A stretch of 61,478 nt of DNA, counting the filler, from Sphacelaria rigidula (taxonomy: Eukaryota), in NCBI GenBank assembly GCA_964200075.2. It is 7 parts of 7 records of this genome, joined end to end, with 100 filler letters (N's around TTAATTAATTAA, not from the genome) between each part and the next. Parts side by side here need not be neighbours in the genome. Positions count along the whole stretch, not along the records: positions 35,190 to 43,886 come from CAXNAA020010347.1; positions 43,987 to 52,682 come from CAXNAA020010348.1; 5 more parts are not named here. One strand, given 5' to 3'. Positions 36,784-50,671 of this stretch are shown one piece after another (the first letter of the stretch is position 1; every line of letters starts with the position of its first letter). Below the pieces are notes generated by a model, which was not told the DNA's origin, made no database searches, and worked only from the letters and a program-made list of their open reading frames with translations. Made by a program: the position numbers and the translations under genes.

Positions 36784-36969
36784 GGCGTTCTGCGAGGAGT
36801 CAATCTTCAGCTGTCGCAGGGCAAGGTGCTTGCATTGACAGGAGTGAGCGGCGCGGGCAAGAGTACCCTGGCGTCTCTGGTGACTCGCCTGTACGAGCCT
36901 GAACAAGGTTGCGTAACGTTGGATGGTACCGATGTGGCCGCCTTGAACCCTTCTTGGCTCCGGAGGCAG
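36784..36969 (+). CDS. ABCB transporter exon (Walker A)
   Basis: GVSGAGKST; phase-0 AG/GT boundaries. Confidence 0.93.
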
Positions 36970-37396
36970 GTGTGTGCGGAAATTATTTAGTCCCGACAAG
37001 ACTTTGAAACAATATAATGTTGAAAAGAAAGTCAGTCGTGCGACTAGCAAATTGTGTGGGCAAACGGCACAATCAGGTATACCCGCGCACTTTGAGGGGC
37101 AGAAACGGGTACAGTCAGACCTCAGCCTATTCCGCTCAACACTTCACCACCTATCGGTCGACGCAGCCGATTTTTTGCCTTCGTGGCGAGAGAGGCTACA
37201 CCCATGTGTACTTTTTCTCAGGCCCCAATTTCTCCTAGGCTCGTACCTATTTCTTTCTTATTGTGTGTTTCCCATCGGATTTTTTTTCTGACAGTTTATG
37301 TTCCAATATTTGTAGTGCTGCGGTCGAACGTCCGAATCTGTTTGGATTTGGACGTTTCATCTGTTGTCATCCTTTACGCATCTCACCCTTTTCAAG

Positions 37397-37507
37397 GTGG
37401 GGGTGGTGGACCAAGAGCCGGTTCTTTTCGATGGGAGCATCGCCGATAATATTCGCTACGGGGTCCCCGAGGCCTCTGACGAAGATGTTAGGGACGCGGC
37501 TCAACAG
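37397..37507 (+). CDS. ABCB transporter exon (Q-loop)
   Basis: VGVVDQEPVLFDGSIADNIRYG. Confidence 0.93.
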
Positions 37508-38365
37508 GTGACGCCTTCTATCGTACGCCGGGAGTGCAACAACCGAGTCATGATTTTCCAGCAGCTACGCTTTGGAGTTAGTTATTGAGGATCAAATCAT
37601 TTTCTCGTTCAAATAGTAGTTTGCGAAGAGTATCGTGTGGAGATCATTCAAGAAACGAACAACGTAATCAGCAGTGATGATTGTGTGCACACAAGTATCG
37701 TAACTGTTTATTTACCTTGAGTACGTCCATTTTTCAATCCCGTCAATTTTTGCATTGTAATTTTTTATTGCGAGAACAGTCGATCGACGAATCAATCGAT
37801 CAACTTGTCAAGGACTCGTTTTGTGAGTTTTTCAAAGATTGAGATGTGAGTTTTCCATGATATCGGATTGTGAGTTTTTTTTCCAACATTGCATTGTGAG
37901 ATTTTCAAACATGGGATTTTGGATTTTCCAATAGTGCAAGGGCAGGTCGAGTAGGGTATACTCAATTACGGGGTGTTTTGAAAGTCGCACTTCAAGCACA
38001 CATATAAGGGTAGGGTGGTAGGGGTCGCTTGCCAGTTATTTTTGGGGTACGACTCTTAATACACTACCCCGATCTGAGTACGTCAAGTACAACTTTCAAA
38101 ATACCCCGCAATAGTGGATCGTGAGATTTTTAAGCATCGAAAGTGTTTGATGTTTTGTTTTCCGTGACCAGATCACGGTGTTTAATTCTTTCAAGCAAGT
38201 ACTATGGTTGTATGTTTGCAAACCCCCCCAAACCCCAAACTTTCTCGTGTTTCTCGACGCAGACGTTCGTTCAATGGAGCGCCGATCGCTGGAACGTTCC
38301 CGCTACCCCCAGTGTTTCGATACACTAACTACTTTTGTGTGACCTCCGGTGTCCCGTGCGTCCAG

Positions 38366-38458
38366 GCGAACGCGCATGACTTCATCGCGCAGTTTCCTGA
38401 GGGATACGACACCAAAGTGGGGGAGCAGGGTCGTCAGCTTAGCGGCGGCGAGAAGCAG
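38366..38458 (+). CDS. ABCB transporter exon (signature motif)
   Basis: [31 protein letters not shown]. Confidence 0.93.
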
Positions 38459-38630
38459 GTGGGAAAAAAGTAAAAGCGTATATTTATCAAATATTGCTGC
38501 TATGTCAAAGTTCTCTCTCGCAATAGTACAAGCACACGTTTCAAGAAACGTGGACCCACTCCCAAAAAGTATGTTTACGAAAGCCCAAAAAGTCAAGCAG
38601 GTCGCTTAAATGGTAAGGGGAAGTGGAGGA

Positions 38631-38665
<35 letters not shown>

Positions 38666-39288
38666 TTTCCTTACCTTTTGTTTGTTTGGGGCGGTTGACC
38701 CGGTTTAAATTTTTCCTTTCNNNNNNNNNCTATATCCATACATTCTGATTGTTGAAGCAGCTGTACCCGATTCAGAATTTTCCTGTACCGTACGTGTCGG
38801 CATGAGTACCCCCCCCCCCACCCCCGCTAAAAAAAGGGGGTACAGTAACGGTTTTCTTTTCGAGAAAGTTCTATTCGACGCAAAGCTCTGAATCTCGTTG
38901 CATAGCCTCGACTTGAATATGAAGGCGTTGTTCTCTGAGTGCGTGAAGAAGTCGGAGTGGGGTCAAGTGTTGAACACAATGTGATTCGTCATTTTGCTGC
39001 TTCTTTTGCTGCCCGTTTGATTGCGAAAATAGCCGTTTTCCAACGAGTCCGTAGGCTTCGAGCCGAACCATCTTGGTAGCATGCAGGTCACCCTTCATGC
39101 GACTCGCCGAAGACATCACGGCGCTTGGCGATTGTGAGCCTGGACCGCCTGAAACCCCGCGTGCTCCGTCCCGGCTTTGTAGGGATACGAAGTCAAGGGT
39201 CCTATGATAACGACATGCAGAATCATGAATACATCCCACCCCCTCCCATCCTCCGTCGCTACTCGGCGTCAAATGCTTGTTTCGCTAG

Positions 39289-39459
39289 CGTGTCGCGATC
39301 GCCCGTGCGGTGCTGAAGGACCCTCCAGTTTTGCTGTTGGACGAGGCCACTTCGGCCCTTGACGCAGAGTCGGAGCGATTGGTAACAGAGGCGATAGACA
39401 GAATCGTGGCTTCCCGTACCGTCCTCATCATTGCGCATCGCCAGTCCACCATAAGCAAG
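39289..39459 (+). CDS. ABCB transporter exon (Walker B, H-loop)
   Basis: [25 protein letters not shown]...IIAHR. Confidence 0.93.
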
Positions 39460-39470
39460 GTATAAAGGAG

Positions 39471-39540
39471 TATGTATGTATGTATGTATGTATGTATGTA
39501 TGTATGTATGTATGTATGTATGTATGTATGTATGTATGTA
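39471..39540. repeat. (TATG)n microsatellite
   Basis: Read directly; starts 12 nt after a splice donor. Confidence 0.95.
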
Positions 39541-41608
39541 CGTACGTACGTACGTATACATGTATATACACTACCTTTTTTTCTTCTCTGTCGGGACATG
39601 TAGTGCAGCAGCGTCTCCGCTCATACCAAACGAGGTTGTGAGAAAATCAAGCTGACGTTTTCACAGAATTGATAAAGTGTTCACCCTTAGCGACGATCGC
39701 TACGCCAAATCCAATGCGGTCGAAAACATGAAAACGTGCGTATCCAGAAGAGTCTATTTCGCCAAGTTTCTTAGACATCAGTGGGCGCGGTGCGGGAGTA
39801 GTGCTAAAATGACCCCACACGCGATACCAAAAGGTATGGCCTGTACCGGGGGAGAGATAGAGATGGGCGTATTTGATCCGTCGAGACCATAGATTCGTCC
39901 CTCCCGAGGAAGGGAAGGAGTTCACGCTTAGGACGAATCAGGATTCATACGAGTCGACCCTCATGAAATGAAAAAATGAAACCTGCATAAATTTTGGTCC
40001 CGCTGGGTCGAGGGTGGATAAAGCATGTGCACCGCAGACATCTTGCGCGCAGTACAGCTGAGAGAACATTACGCGCGATTCATGGCCCATCGGAAGTGAA
40101 GATTCAACCGGTACAAATTGTTGGTCCCGTAATAACCCGAAGGTCGGAAAAATATACTGGCGGTCACCTCGAACGACTCGGTCAAGCAAGTTTTTTGTAC
40201 ATGACGTTCCCGACTCATGGTGGTGAGAAGTGCGTGGCATGTACAACCGATGCACTCAAATTTGCAGTGCAGGGGTTGACTATGTGCCCATTATTTACCC
40301 CGGTATTCACGGAAGGTACGCAGCAGGTACCTTCGACATGCACTGCACGACGCACCAGCTGAGAAGCTGTATAAATTACAAATGATGTACGATTAGTATA
40401 ATTTAACCATAGGAATGATTCTATGAGTTGAATCACGATTTTATTTTTTCGTCCTAACCATGAAGGAGTTGAAAGTGAAGACAAGCATGAGTTGATTCAC
40501 GATTTTATTTTTTCGTCTTAACCGTGAAGGAGTTGAAAGTGAAGACAAGAATCGGAAGATGGCAGTGTCTATGTACTCCGCCAGTCTGATATAGGCTATG
40601 AAGTACAGCAGAGTGTTTGGACTTCGAATGAAACACCCGCCTGTCGACTGATACTGGCACTTATTGCAGTGCTGTGTTGGGAGGGAATCGTGTATTCCTT
40701 TATTGCGGTTGATGCAAATACCCGCGCTTGAATTCCGTGTAATTTTCCTCTCGCTCGTGCTGTGAATAGTTACGTGCAAACGTGTTACGTATGTTGCGTC
40801 AATTCCCCCGGGCGTGTTACACTCAATTCGGCAATAATATTCACGGAGTATTATTCCAAATAGACAGAATATGTCCCCTCTCTCCTCTCTCTCGGGGAGA
40901 AACCTCAACGTTTGAACAGTGATAATTGAAAAATCGCCGCTCTCAACAGCGAGAAGTTGTTGGCTCCATCTTTGCCATGCCATGTACGAGACTCTGCAAT
41001 CCCCTTCCCTGGTAATATTATTCGTTTTGTCCGGATCCCTTTCCGTGCGAGCCAAAGTTGTCGCATGACCGTGTTTGAACCGCGCGCTTTTTGAATGATC
41101 ACCATCTTCGAGCCGAACAGCAGGAGTAGAAGATATGAAGTGACCCATCTTTGAACAACCGAGCACAACTCCAAAAAGTTAAGCTTTCAACCGAACGGTC
41201 AAAGTACAAAATCTCGCATGACTCGAAGATATCTCATTAACGATCTTGTTCACGGGTTCCCTTTTCTCTCCCGAACTTTCCGAATTTTTCGGGGGGAAAA
41301 CATCTCCGGAAATGTGAGAATAGATTTCTTAAATATGCCCTGCAACATATCAATTCAGAACTGACTGCAGCTTTCTTCGAGAGTCTGGCGTCGGAACTTT
41401 TTCGACGTTTTTTTTTCCGAAAAAGGCAGAAAACAAATCCAACCGTTCGGAGCAAGGAGTATTTGGAAAAATCGCCCCGCTTGTACGATCCCTCATCTTT
41501 CAACTGATCGAGAAACATTGACGTGTAAGAAAGGACACATGTGCTGCCGATCATGTCAAAAGTCTTGTTGTTTTGTCTGGGGCGTCATTGTTTATCATGT
41601 TCTGGCAG

Positions 41609-41731
41609 GCGGACTATGTGGCTGTTCTACAAGACGGACAAGTTGCTGAGGGTGGTCACTACGAGGAACTCATGTCACGGCCCGACGGTCTGCTGGTGTC
41701 CCTCATGAAGGGAGAGAAACTCCAGCCATGA
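41609..41731 (+). CDS. ABCB transporter terminal exon
   Basis: ADYVAVLQDGQVAEGGHYEELMSRPDGLLVSLMKGEKLQP-stop. Confidence 0.9.
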   Translation, partial: ADYVAVLQDGQVAEGGHYEELMSRPDGLLVSLMKGEKLQP

Positions 41732-44420
41732 CGGGTTTCACGTGCTTAGTAGGTGGAATCAATATCTTCTAGCACTCAGCAGTCCTTCGCAACAAACGCT
41801 GTTGCATTTCTTCGGCGGGAGAAGAGGGGAAGAGGGAGGGACGTGCTCATTCGTTGCTTGCCTTAGTCGTTTGACCATTGACCACGTGTCCCTTTCGGGA
41901 CGGAGCAGGGGAAAGGGGTCGGGGGGGGGAGGGGGGGGTTACGTCGATGTATGGTGGTAAAGCAAATCATTTAATATTTCAGTAATGAAGCCTGCATAAC
42001 AGTTGACTGCAAAAATAAAGATTGCGGAGGTGAAACATCTTCTGACGAAAGACCGCCGGTTTTATGGTAGGGATCAGCTTCTTGCATAAAAGTGTGGGAG
42101 ACAGGGCGATTGGCCTGGCTAGCCAAGTCCGAAAAGTAAGCGATGGGACCAGGATTCGTAACTGCTTATCAGCTACTGTCTGCGCTGTACAGTAGTTTGC
42201 TCTGGTAGCATAGTCAAGTTGAACCGTTATCTGCGCTTGTTTGTCGAGTAAAGGTGATATTTTGGATTGGTGTTACACATGAAGCACAGGGCCGGACAGG
42301 GGATGGTATATCTCTAATTGCCGCCCCCCCTCCGCATGTATGTTCATCACACGTAAAATATTCTTCAAATTGGCCGAAAACCATCAAAATTGCGCTCGCT
42401 CTGGGTGTCTGCAGCAGCTGCGGGGGTGGCCTCAAGTGCATTAACAACTCGTTACATGACGTGGTACGTTCCTAATCCATTTATGTAGAGTGCAGTATCG
42501 TCTCCAGGCAATTCTGAGACTCAGCCGCCTCGCTGTCTCGTTTTGAGCAATAGGCAAGATTTGGCGCATCACCCCACCTATTTCACCCCGAGAAAGTAGG
42601 TACAGGTAAACGCGAATGTTGGGGCTCTCCGTACCAGGCCCAAATCACTCGAAAATTAAACCCGACGCGAAGGCAAGGTGCCCACAGCCCATGTATTGGA
42701 GAATAAAGAGCCTGATTCAGGGTCGAACAACACCGTGGGGCATGAGGGCCCCGTATCATGAGCTATTTTGCCCGATAATCAGGTAGGGATATCGACGACC
42801 AACTGCGAGGTTTATCTCGTACCTCTCTTGTCCTATTTGAAATCCATTTGTATCCAAATTGTACCTACGTTGACCGCTATCGGCCTTCCGCAGCCGCCGT
42901 CCAACTCATCGCTCGGCACAAAATCGAGTGACCGAAAAACGCCTCCAACGCTTCTTTTCACATCTTTCCGCGGCGTGAAGACTCGAGACCCTTACGGAGT
43001 GATCGACACACCGCTCGACCGTTGTGCGCGCGCATGCGCAAATGGCACAAGTTGCGAAATCACGGAATACAACGGCTGAACCTCTCCGCCGCCTAGTCAT
43101 CGCCCTTAGGCGCACCACGGAAGCATCATGTGGAGGCAACTTGCCCTACAAGGCGCCCACGATGTGCGAAAAAACTGTAGGGGTACACGGGTGGCCACTG
43201 GGGTGCCCATAACCTCAAATTTGGACATCACAGACCTTGCATACGAGGTCTGTAACGTCCAAATTTGAGGTTGCAGGCACCCCACCCAGTGGCCACCGTG
43301 TAGTTAAGACACACATGATAATCGTACGGCATATTACATGTATGAAGTGATAATAAACCATCTGCACAGTACGTGTATCATCCCATCTATCTGTACGGCA
43401 GTCTAGAACACCTTTAAGTACATGTGGACGCAGTCGCCGGGTGTACACAAGAAGGAGGTCAACGCAGGAGTTTTCATTTTGTTGTAGTACTTCACCTTCC
43501 TTCAGTGCTTGCCTTTCCCCCCTCCCTTTTTGTCGCGAGGAGGGTTTAGTGGTCCCTTTCCCTCGTCGATCGTGAAGTCGACTTTGTGTACCCACGACAT
43601 ATCCGCTCTCCACTACTGTAGAGCGAGATTTGAGAGAAAACGTTCCACATGGTGTGACTTCACCGAGATTCTAACCCACGTCCCCCACAGGGCGACGAGA
43701 AGACAAGACGGGAAGACACGGTACCCCGCAAGGTAACTACTGTATTTTGCAACTTTTTGTTTTTTTGCCACCGAGGGGAACATGAATTAGCGGCACAGTG
43801 ACCGTTGCCGTGGTACACACCTAACAGCCGATTTTATATTTTGGGGTTCATACAAAATATGGGGCTGAAGTGGCATTTCTCTCTTGNNNNNNNNNNNNNN
43901 NNNNNNNNNNNNNNNNNNNNNNNNNNNNNNTTAATTAATTAANNNNNNNNNNNNNNNNNNNNNNNNNNNNNNNNNNNNNNNNNNNNAAACATCAGGCGCT
44001 GTATGGCCATTTTTTTTGTGACACTTTTGGGCTGGTTTTGGGGGGGGGGGGGGTATAGTAGGAAGTGTTTCATCCAAAATCCTCCCACAGAGTGCCGAAA
44101 AGAATCTCTAGATATTGTAGCCTCTGCCAGACGATCTGGACAAGAGGACTATCAACGAGGGACTCCTCCAGTAGCACTGGCCTCGTGCTCGACAAGTCCT
44201 TTCTTCTAACTTGTTATTATCACGGAGTGATCCTCAATAGACCACATCACGAGCCAGATAGCAAGAGGCCACGCAGATAAGGGCCATCAATCCAAGATCC
44301 CCTGTCCCCTGCCACTGCTCCAATCATGCATGCGATTATACTGAAACCTGCGGCTTGGTATCATGTGGCTATAGGTTGAAGTCGTCTTCCGAAAAGTCAC
44401 ATTCTACATGAAACACTTTC

Positions 44421-44687
44421 AACATTGGTTTCATGATATTGAGAGTAGAGGACACGATTGAGAGTGAAAAGCGGTAAATAAGTGAATGAATCGCTTCAGT
44501 CCCTGTAGTATCTTGCCCATGAGGCCCTTGATATCTCTGAGTAGGATGTCGACATGTAGCTGGAAACACACGCCAGTGATGGAGGCAAAGAAAAGCACAC
44601 ACGAAATGAGAAATTGGCTAAGTCAAAGCGAATGATCAAAGCCACTCTCCATCAGCGATCTACTCTTGATCTCACGAAAACGTTGTT
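44421..44687. mobile_element. ~270-300-bp MITE-like family (second copy 45271-45576; arms at 26393-26465 and 52783-52838)
   Basis: Left arm TTGAGAGTAGAGGA(C/T)ACGATTGAGAGT pairs with right arm ACTCTC...TCTACTCT...TCTCACGAAAAC. Confidence 0.75.
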
Positions 44688-47600
44688 TTTTGCGAAAAGC
44701 AACCAGCTGAAGGTTTGATTTGTCTGTTAAAGCTTCCCCTAAATTGCCCTGTCGCGCACTCTTGCTCCGGTGTCTAAAGTCGTAGGGTTGGCCGGCATGG
44801 ACCATGAAGAACCACTGCCGGACTTACGGCAGATCGTTGGGACCCATGTCGATGACCAAGGCATCTGGTGAAGAATCTTCGAAGCCCGGTTGTCGGGATC
44901 AAGCGGTAACCATGCGAGCGTTATGGTTGCGTATGCCAAGGCAGCCAACCCCGCCTCTTGAGGTGGGATACCTGATGCGGAGATACCGCCGCCGGCGGAT
45001 TTCAATTCCCGTGGGAAACCGCACAAAGAGACAGGTCCCGCCCCGCTACACATGCGAAACTCCCACGAAGTACGTCGTACTATTGTCGAGGTGGAAGACA
45101 ATGCAAAGGCCACACGTAATCTGCCGCTGGTAGCGTTTACGGGGCGACGGTTCCAAACACGTACGCACGATGCATGGAGGTCGTAGCACGAGCAACAAAA
45201 TTCGCCATTACCGCACAGAAATCAGGAGAAGAGCTACCACGCTAACGACTCGTAATCGCCTCCGGTTACCTACAACAAGGTTTTCGCGAGATTGGAAGTA
45301 GAGGATACGATTGAGAGTAAGAAGCGGTCAATTAGTGAATGAATCGTTTCAATTCCGAAATGCCCCTCCACGAGGCCCGATATGCTTTCTGTAGTAGCTT
45401 GCCACGAAGGCTCTTGATATCCCTGAGTAGGATGTCGACGTGTAGCTGTAAGCACACGCCAGTGATGGAGGCAAAGAAAAGCACACACGGAACGAAAAAT
45501 TGGCTAAGCTAAAGTGAATGATCAAGGCCACTCTGAATCAGCGCTCTATTCTCAATCTCACGAAAACGTTGTTCTACGCACTTTTGCAACACGCCGCACG
45601 GAAAGGCTCGCCGTTGCACCCACCGGGAAGGGTGTCAACTCTCGTGGGAAACGAGACAAGCGACCAGCTCCGGCGAGCTCCTCGACGCCAACGCTATTGG
45701 GAGCCTCCTCATGAATTTTACAACGGAAAAAAATAATAGTGACACGAAATGCGTCAGTGATGGATGTAGCCCACCACTGCTTCAAGAGATCGACACGGCG
45801 GCAGTTGAGGTCAATACAAAAAAGCCGCGCGCGGGATGAGGGAACTATGTAGCACGAGATTATGGCTTCATGTCCCACCTAATAGACGGCACACTGTGTC
45901 GGATCCATGCGGCGACTAGCACAGCTTGAATGTCGGGCTTCGCAGTGCCTTCATCGGCCAGGTCCAGGAAACGGGAGATAGTCTTATATTCATCGGATGC
46001 AAGTCGCGGACGCGTAACAATTAGTGGCTTCGTACGGAAACGATGATAGCCTGCAGACGCGGGCGCTTGAGACGGGCTTGTGGCCCAATTTGGCATGTGT
46101 GTGCAGCAGAGACGACTGCTCCACTACTATGTTGCGCGTGCACTAACTTTGTGGCATCAGGCAAGAATCGGCGATGCGGAGTGGGCGAATATACTCTGCA
46201 AGGGCGATGCAACACTGTCGGCGAGACTCGCCGCAAAGGAATGATGGATTGTTTCACATGGAGGGATACAAGGGATCTCGAGAAAGCGGGAGCGCAATGG
46301 GTAGAGTACGCCTGACCCTGGATATGGCTCTAGGCTGGCCATGCTAACAAAACGCATCATAGGGCGTGGAATTTTCCATCCAAGTTGTCATATTTGTTTT
46401 ACAGCAGCGGCGGTATTCAAACCTGATCCTATACCTGTTGCGCCGGAGTTTGCCACCACGATGTAGAATAGAGTAACAGCTGAAGTTGGCGAGGGTAAGC
46501 CCGAAAGCATGGAAACCACTCCTGCAAGAGCAATACAAGACGGATCAAAGACCGACTCGTGCTCGCCAGTCACACGAGAGATTAACCGAAAAGGATTCTC
46601 GAGACGGTTGCGAGAACGGCACGGCGAGAACAGCAGTAGACGCTTTGAGAGGATGAACGTTATTCCTGGGGTAGGTGTTGGCCATCCTCACGGACTACTA
46701 CGGTAGTTCCACGATTTTATAACGACCTCAGCATACTGTGGTGTGATCCACGTAGATGGAGTGTTCCGGGAACGTTCTGTGGTACGTCGCCATTAATTTG
46801 ACTTGTGTAAATTGTGACGTGCGTGACGGTGTGCACCGTGCTGTACTGTACTTGTGGTGCCTATCGTCTTATTATTTTCGTCTTTCCTTTCCGTTCCTGC
46901 GGTCTCACTCCACGCGGAGAGAAGTGACCAACACTATGCGTTCCCCCAATCGCTGATCAGCTATCAGACGTGTCTGTGGCGCCGATTCCACGGGTTACAG
47001 AACCACTGGACAGGCGTGAGTAACACGGATGGGGCGACGATATGTCACAGTCTAATCTGGTGCCGCGGGTTGTTTTACCAGAGGGCATCATCGCGCTAGA
47101 CCTCAATTTTCGTGCCTCTCGTGACAAGGTGCGATGCTGATGATCGACATCGTGGGTCTAAACGCCAAACTTGGGAATGATCCGCCCTATGCTCAATCGC
47201 GCTGAAGCGAATGAGTGGGTCGAAAATAAACACAAGCTTGTGATGGCGGTCGGGGTAACCGCAAGAGCTGGCATCGAATCAGCTTCTCAGCGACGAAGTG
47301 TGACGAGAAAGAAATTCGAAGAGTACCCCGTGGACATGAAGAGGAATTGAAATTGTTTATCGTTTTCCCCAATGCTTCAACGTGTCAATCTGAAGGAATA
47401 CTTTCAGAGTGCATGCCATTATATGCTACATACAAGGGGAATCTGCTCAATGTACAACAGCGCATTATTGAGAGGAACGTACCGACGGTCAATATCACCA
47501 TTTCCCTTCTTTCACTGTAACACATCCAAAAAACGTATCGTTCCTTACTAATGCCCGTACATCTTACGATGACGCTAGATCTGAACGTGTCCCCGCAACA

Positions 47601-49804
47601 CTATTCGTATCACGCTTTGACCGTTAGGGTAGGTGATCTGTCCAATCGGTATCACAAAACTTGATATTGATGATTGATTATCTCAAATTAGCTGATACCA
47701 GTATTCCACTCATTAATAGAACACACGAAAGCAAACTGTTTAATCGAATGCTACACTCTCAGTCTGGTGAAGAGGTTGTCACATGGAAAACCCAGCCTCA
47801 TCCCATCGATTCCCTGCGTGTACCAACAACTGGTTCTTAGGAAAGACGGCGGAGGAGTCCTTCGAGTACCTCTCGACGCTGTTGGGCACAATCAGAGGTT
47901 GAATATCAAGCCGTGATTGATCGCTGCGCCGGCACTTGAGGTGTAGCGGAGCGGGGTGCCGACCCAGCTTGTATCGGCGCCGGCAATGATGCGCTTCAGT
48001 ATATGTACTACATGTACCTGGGGCGAATGAACCCGGCAAGTGCTCCTGGCTGAGAGAATTGGCATGGCCGACTTGCACCTCTTGCTACACGTTACAAAAT
48101 CACTCGTGAAGCAATGTTGGGCTGTGGACATCGAGAAACTCGCAGCGGCGCCGGAAAGGGATGAGACCATAGCCGTAGAGTTCACGCCAGTTGGTCGCCG
48201 AAATGCATGGTTAAACAAGGAGTAATTGGTTTCAGCGTCGACCAACATATTCGGATCTCTTGGGGTTCAACAGTCCCAGCCACCCGTCAAAGTGCCCAGG
48301 ACGAGTTTTTACTCAAGTCGGCGCCTACCACGCCGATTAAAGCTCTGTCAATGGACACTTTGCCTACAACACCTCTGCCCCTCCCTTGCCAGAGGCTTCC
48401 TAGTATGCCTTGGGCATGGGGATCGGGGTTAGAGTAAGGGCTCTACTACTACTTCTCATAAGCATGCCTCGATGATGGAAGGGGCGGGGGGGGGGCAAAC
48501 AACTACCACAGTTAAGCGCATCACCCCCTCAGCGTTTTCGTCTGGGTGATCTGGGACAAAATCGTTGCCACGTACTTCGCCGAGAAGAATCGCGATGCGA
48601 AGCGGGGAAAACACGGATTTGCGCCGACCGCCACTGCGACTGGATCACCGCCGGCCGCTCTTCTGTAGAAAGTACATCTTTCCTGCTCTTTCGTGCTTAT
48701 TCAGAGTCAAGAATTTAGCGGAGGACGTAACCAAAATCACAAACTTAGCCCATTGAGGGTGTAGACACTCATGTCGAGTTGTACACAACCTTGACTTGGA
48801 TTGAGGGTCTGCTGATCCGGAGCCGAGTGGCACGCCCCCCCTAAGAAATGCAGTCACCTAGTGGATTACAACACATACGTACGCGCAACGATATGTACAG
48901 CACTATATTCGTGTCGCCAACAATATGCTGACACCTCCTGTCGCCCGCACAGACAGTACCCTACAATCTACCCTCACACGATACATACAAAGTACTCGCA
49001 CGCGAGATTTCACACGCGCAAAAGCAGCGTTGGATCGAAGAACTTCACCGCTGTCACCTAAAATCACTCGATACTTGAGCTCATAGCTAGGGAAGCTTAC
49101 ATCCAGGAACACAACACTAAAGCAACACCGAAGCTTCGTCGCCAAAGTGTACAACGTCACCAACAACACCGGAAAACGCCCACGCAACAACTGCTGCGTC
49201 GCAAAAGACGAGAATGAGCAACTATGACAGTGCGCATACATGGTGGGGTCAAAGGGCGAATGCAACAGAGTAATTATGACCACGCGAGCTGCCCGGCCTG
49301 TTCATCAGACCAATGCACACGAAGCCCTCACCAAAATGTTTATTTATTTACACGACCGACGAACATAAGCAAGACGCAAAAGACGGCCGCCACAACACAG
49401 GTGTGGATATTCTGTAGTCGTGAACACGCACTAAGGGACCCAGTGACACGACAACAACACTTTTTATTACTACAAACTTGTCCTACGGGGGCCAACGTCG
49501 CCAGCGGTAGACCCTATAAAACAAGAAATTGTGACAAGCCGAAAACTCACGTCTTATTCCTAATACTGCCTTCCAGCTGCGGGCCTAGTGCGGATCAACT
49601 AGTCTTTTTGTTCTTTCGTCATGCTTTTGAGCGCCCCCCTTGTACGGACGAGTCTGGAGACTCCAGCGATCAGCTCACCTCTTCCCTGGTACCTGGCTTG
49701 GAATTAACTTTTGAGCACTGGATGATGGCCACCCCCAAACCCGTCAATCATGATCGAATCGATCTTACTCACGTCTTCACAGGAAGCAGGAAGATATCTG
49801 ATCA

Positions 49805-49877
49805 ATCTCTGGATTCGAACCCACGACTCCGCCCAAACTTGTCTATGATGAGGCCAGTTTGACCACTGGAGCGCGGC
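49805..49877 (-). mobile_element. tRNA-like SINE head (similar heads at 14344-14411 - and 60021-60100 +)
   Basis: A-box TGGTCAAACTGG and B-box GGTTCGAATCC; no convincing cloverleaf. Confidence 0.5.
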
Positions 49878-49909
49878 AGTCTTTTGTGTCCATGAACATG
49901 AGCTTCGCG

Positions 49910-50224
49910 CTACCCAGTTGCGAAGGCAACTTCCGTGTCTCCTGCAACATCAAAGCCATTTTCAATATCGCGCATTGTAGACAATAACGCATCTCTACGA
50001 TTTCGCCACAGGGCGGCTTCCTTGAAGTCAGTCTTGTTTGCTGCTGCAGTCATCTTCTCCCCTGCTTGCTCGGAGAGGCGTTTCAAAGCGCACAGTGTGT
50101 CCTCGCTGGGTGTGAGCGTCGGGGTCGCTTGGTCTACAGCAGTACTACGCTGTAAGGGAGTAGCGAAGGTGGAGCGACCATTACCTCTCCCGCTTTTCGC
50201 CGCCAGATCGTACAGAAGCTGGAC
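49910..50224 (-). CDS. uvrB: UvrB terminal exon with UVR coiled-coil domain
   Basis: EKMTAAANKTDFKEAALWRNRRDAL; TAG at 49910-49912. Confidence 0.8.
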   Translation of the reverse strand, partial: VQLLYDLAAKSGRGNGRSTFATPLQRSTAVDQATPTLTPSEDTLCALKRLSEQAGEKMTAAANKTDFKEAALWRNRRDALLSTMRDIENGFDVAGDTEVAFATG

Positions 50225-50381
50225 CTGAGAACACAACAGCCCACAGGATGACAGTATTAGGTTTTTTTTATGAATTGACCATCCCATTCGATGTCAGGAT
50301 ACACAAGAACGCAACGAATGTAGCGGCTCGAAACTAGAGTCGGATCTGTTTGTGGAAGCGAGCATAGAGCCAATAAGCCAC

Positions 50382-50435
50382 CTGCTCATTAGGATATGAT
50401 GCTCCAGCGAGGGCGGCAAGTTTAGCTGCAGCGGT
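50382..50435 (-). CDS. uvrB: UvrB short exon
   Basis: TAAAKLAALAGASYPNEQ with phase-0 AG/GT; implies a 49-nt upstream intron. Confidence 0.5.
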
Positions 50436-50484
50436 CTGAAACAACAGGCACGCGACGGGGATGAGAGCATATATAAACAACAAC

Positions 50485-50671
50485 CTGATCCGGAGGTAGC
50501 GCTGGGTCCGCCCAGGAGGCAACGCCCTCAAGATCATATCCTGCCTCTGCGCCTTTCTGCTTCGCTTTGGCTCTGTCTCCATCACCGTTGGCGCCGATAC
50601 TGTCCAACAGACTGTCACCCACTGAGGCAGCCATTGCGACGCTGGGAGTGATGCCGTGGACTTCATTGTGC
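50485..50671 (-). CDS. uvrB: UvrB exon
   Basis: (K)HNEVHGITP matches UvrB YNEEHGITP; the split codon AA|G is consistent with the previous exon. Confidence 0.8.

Noticed and set aside
40441..41166. 241-aa ORF antisense in an ABCB intron
   Set aside because: No motif; its 3' end runs through a ~64-bp tandem duplication.
49224..49862. 212-aa ORF
   Set aside because: Overlaps a SINE-like head in antisense; no domain recognised.
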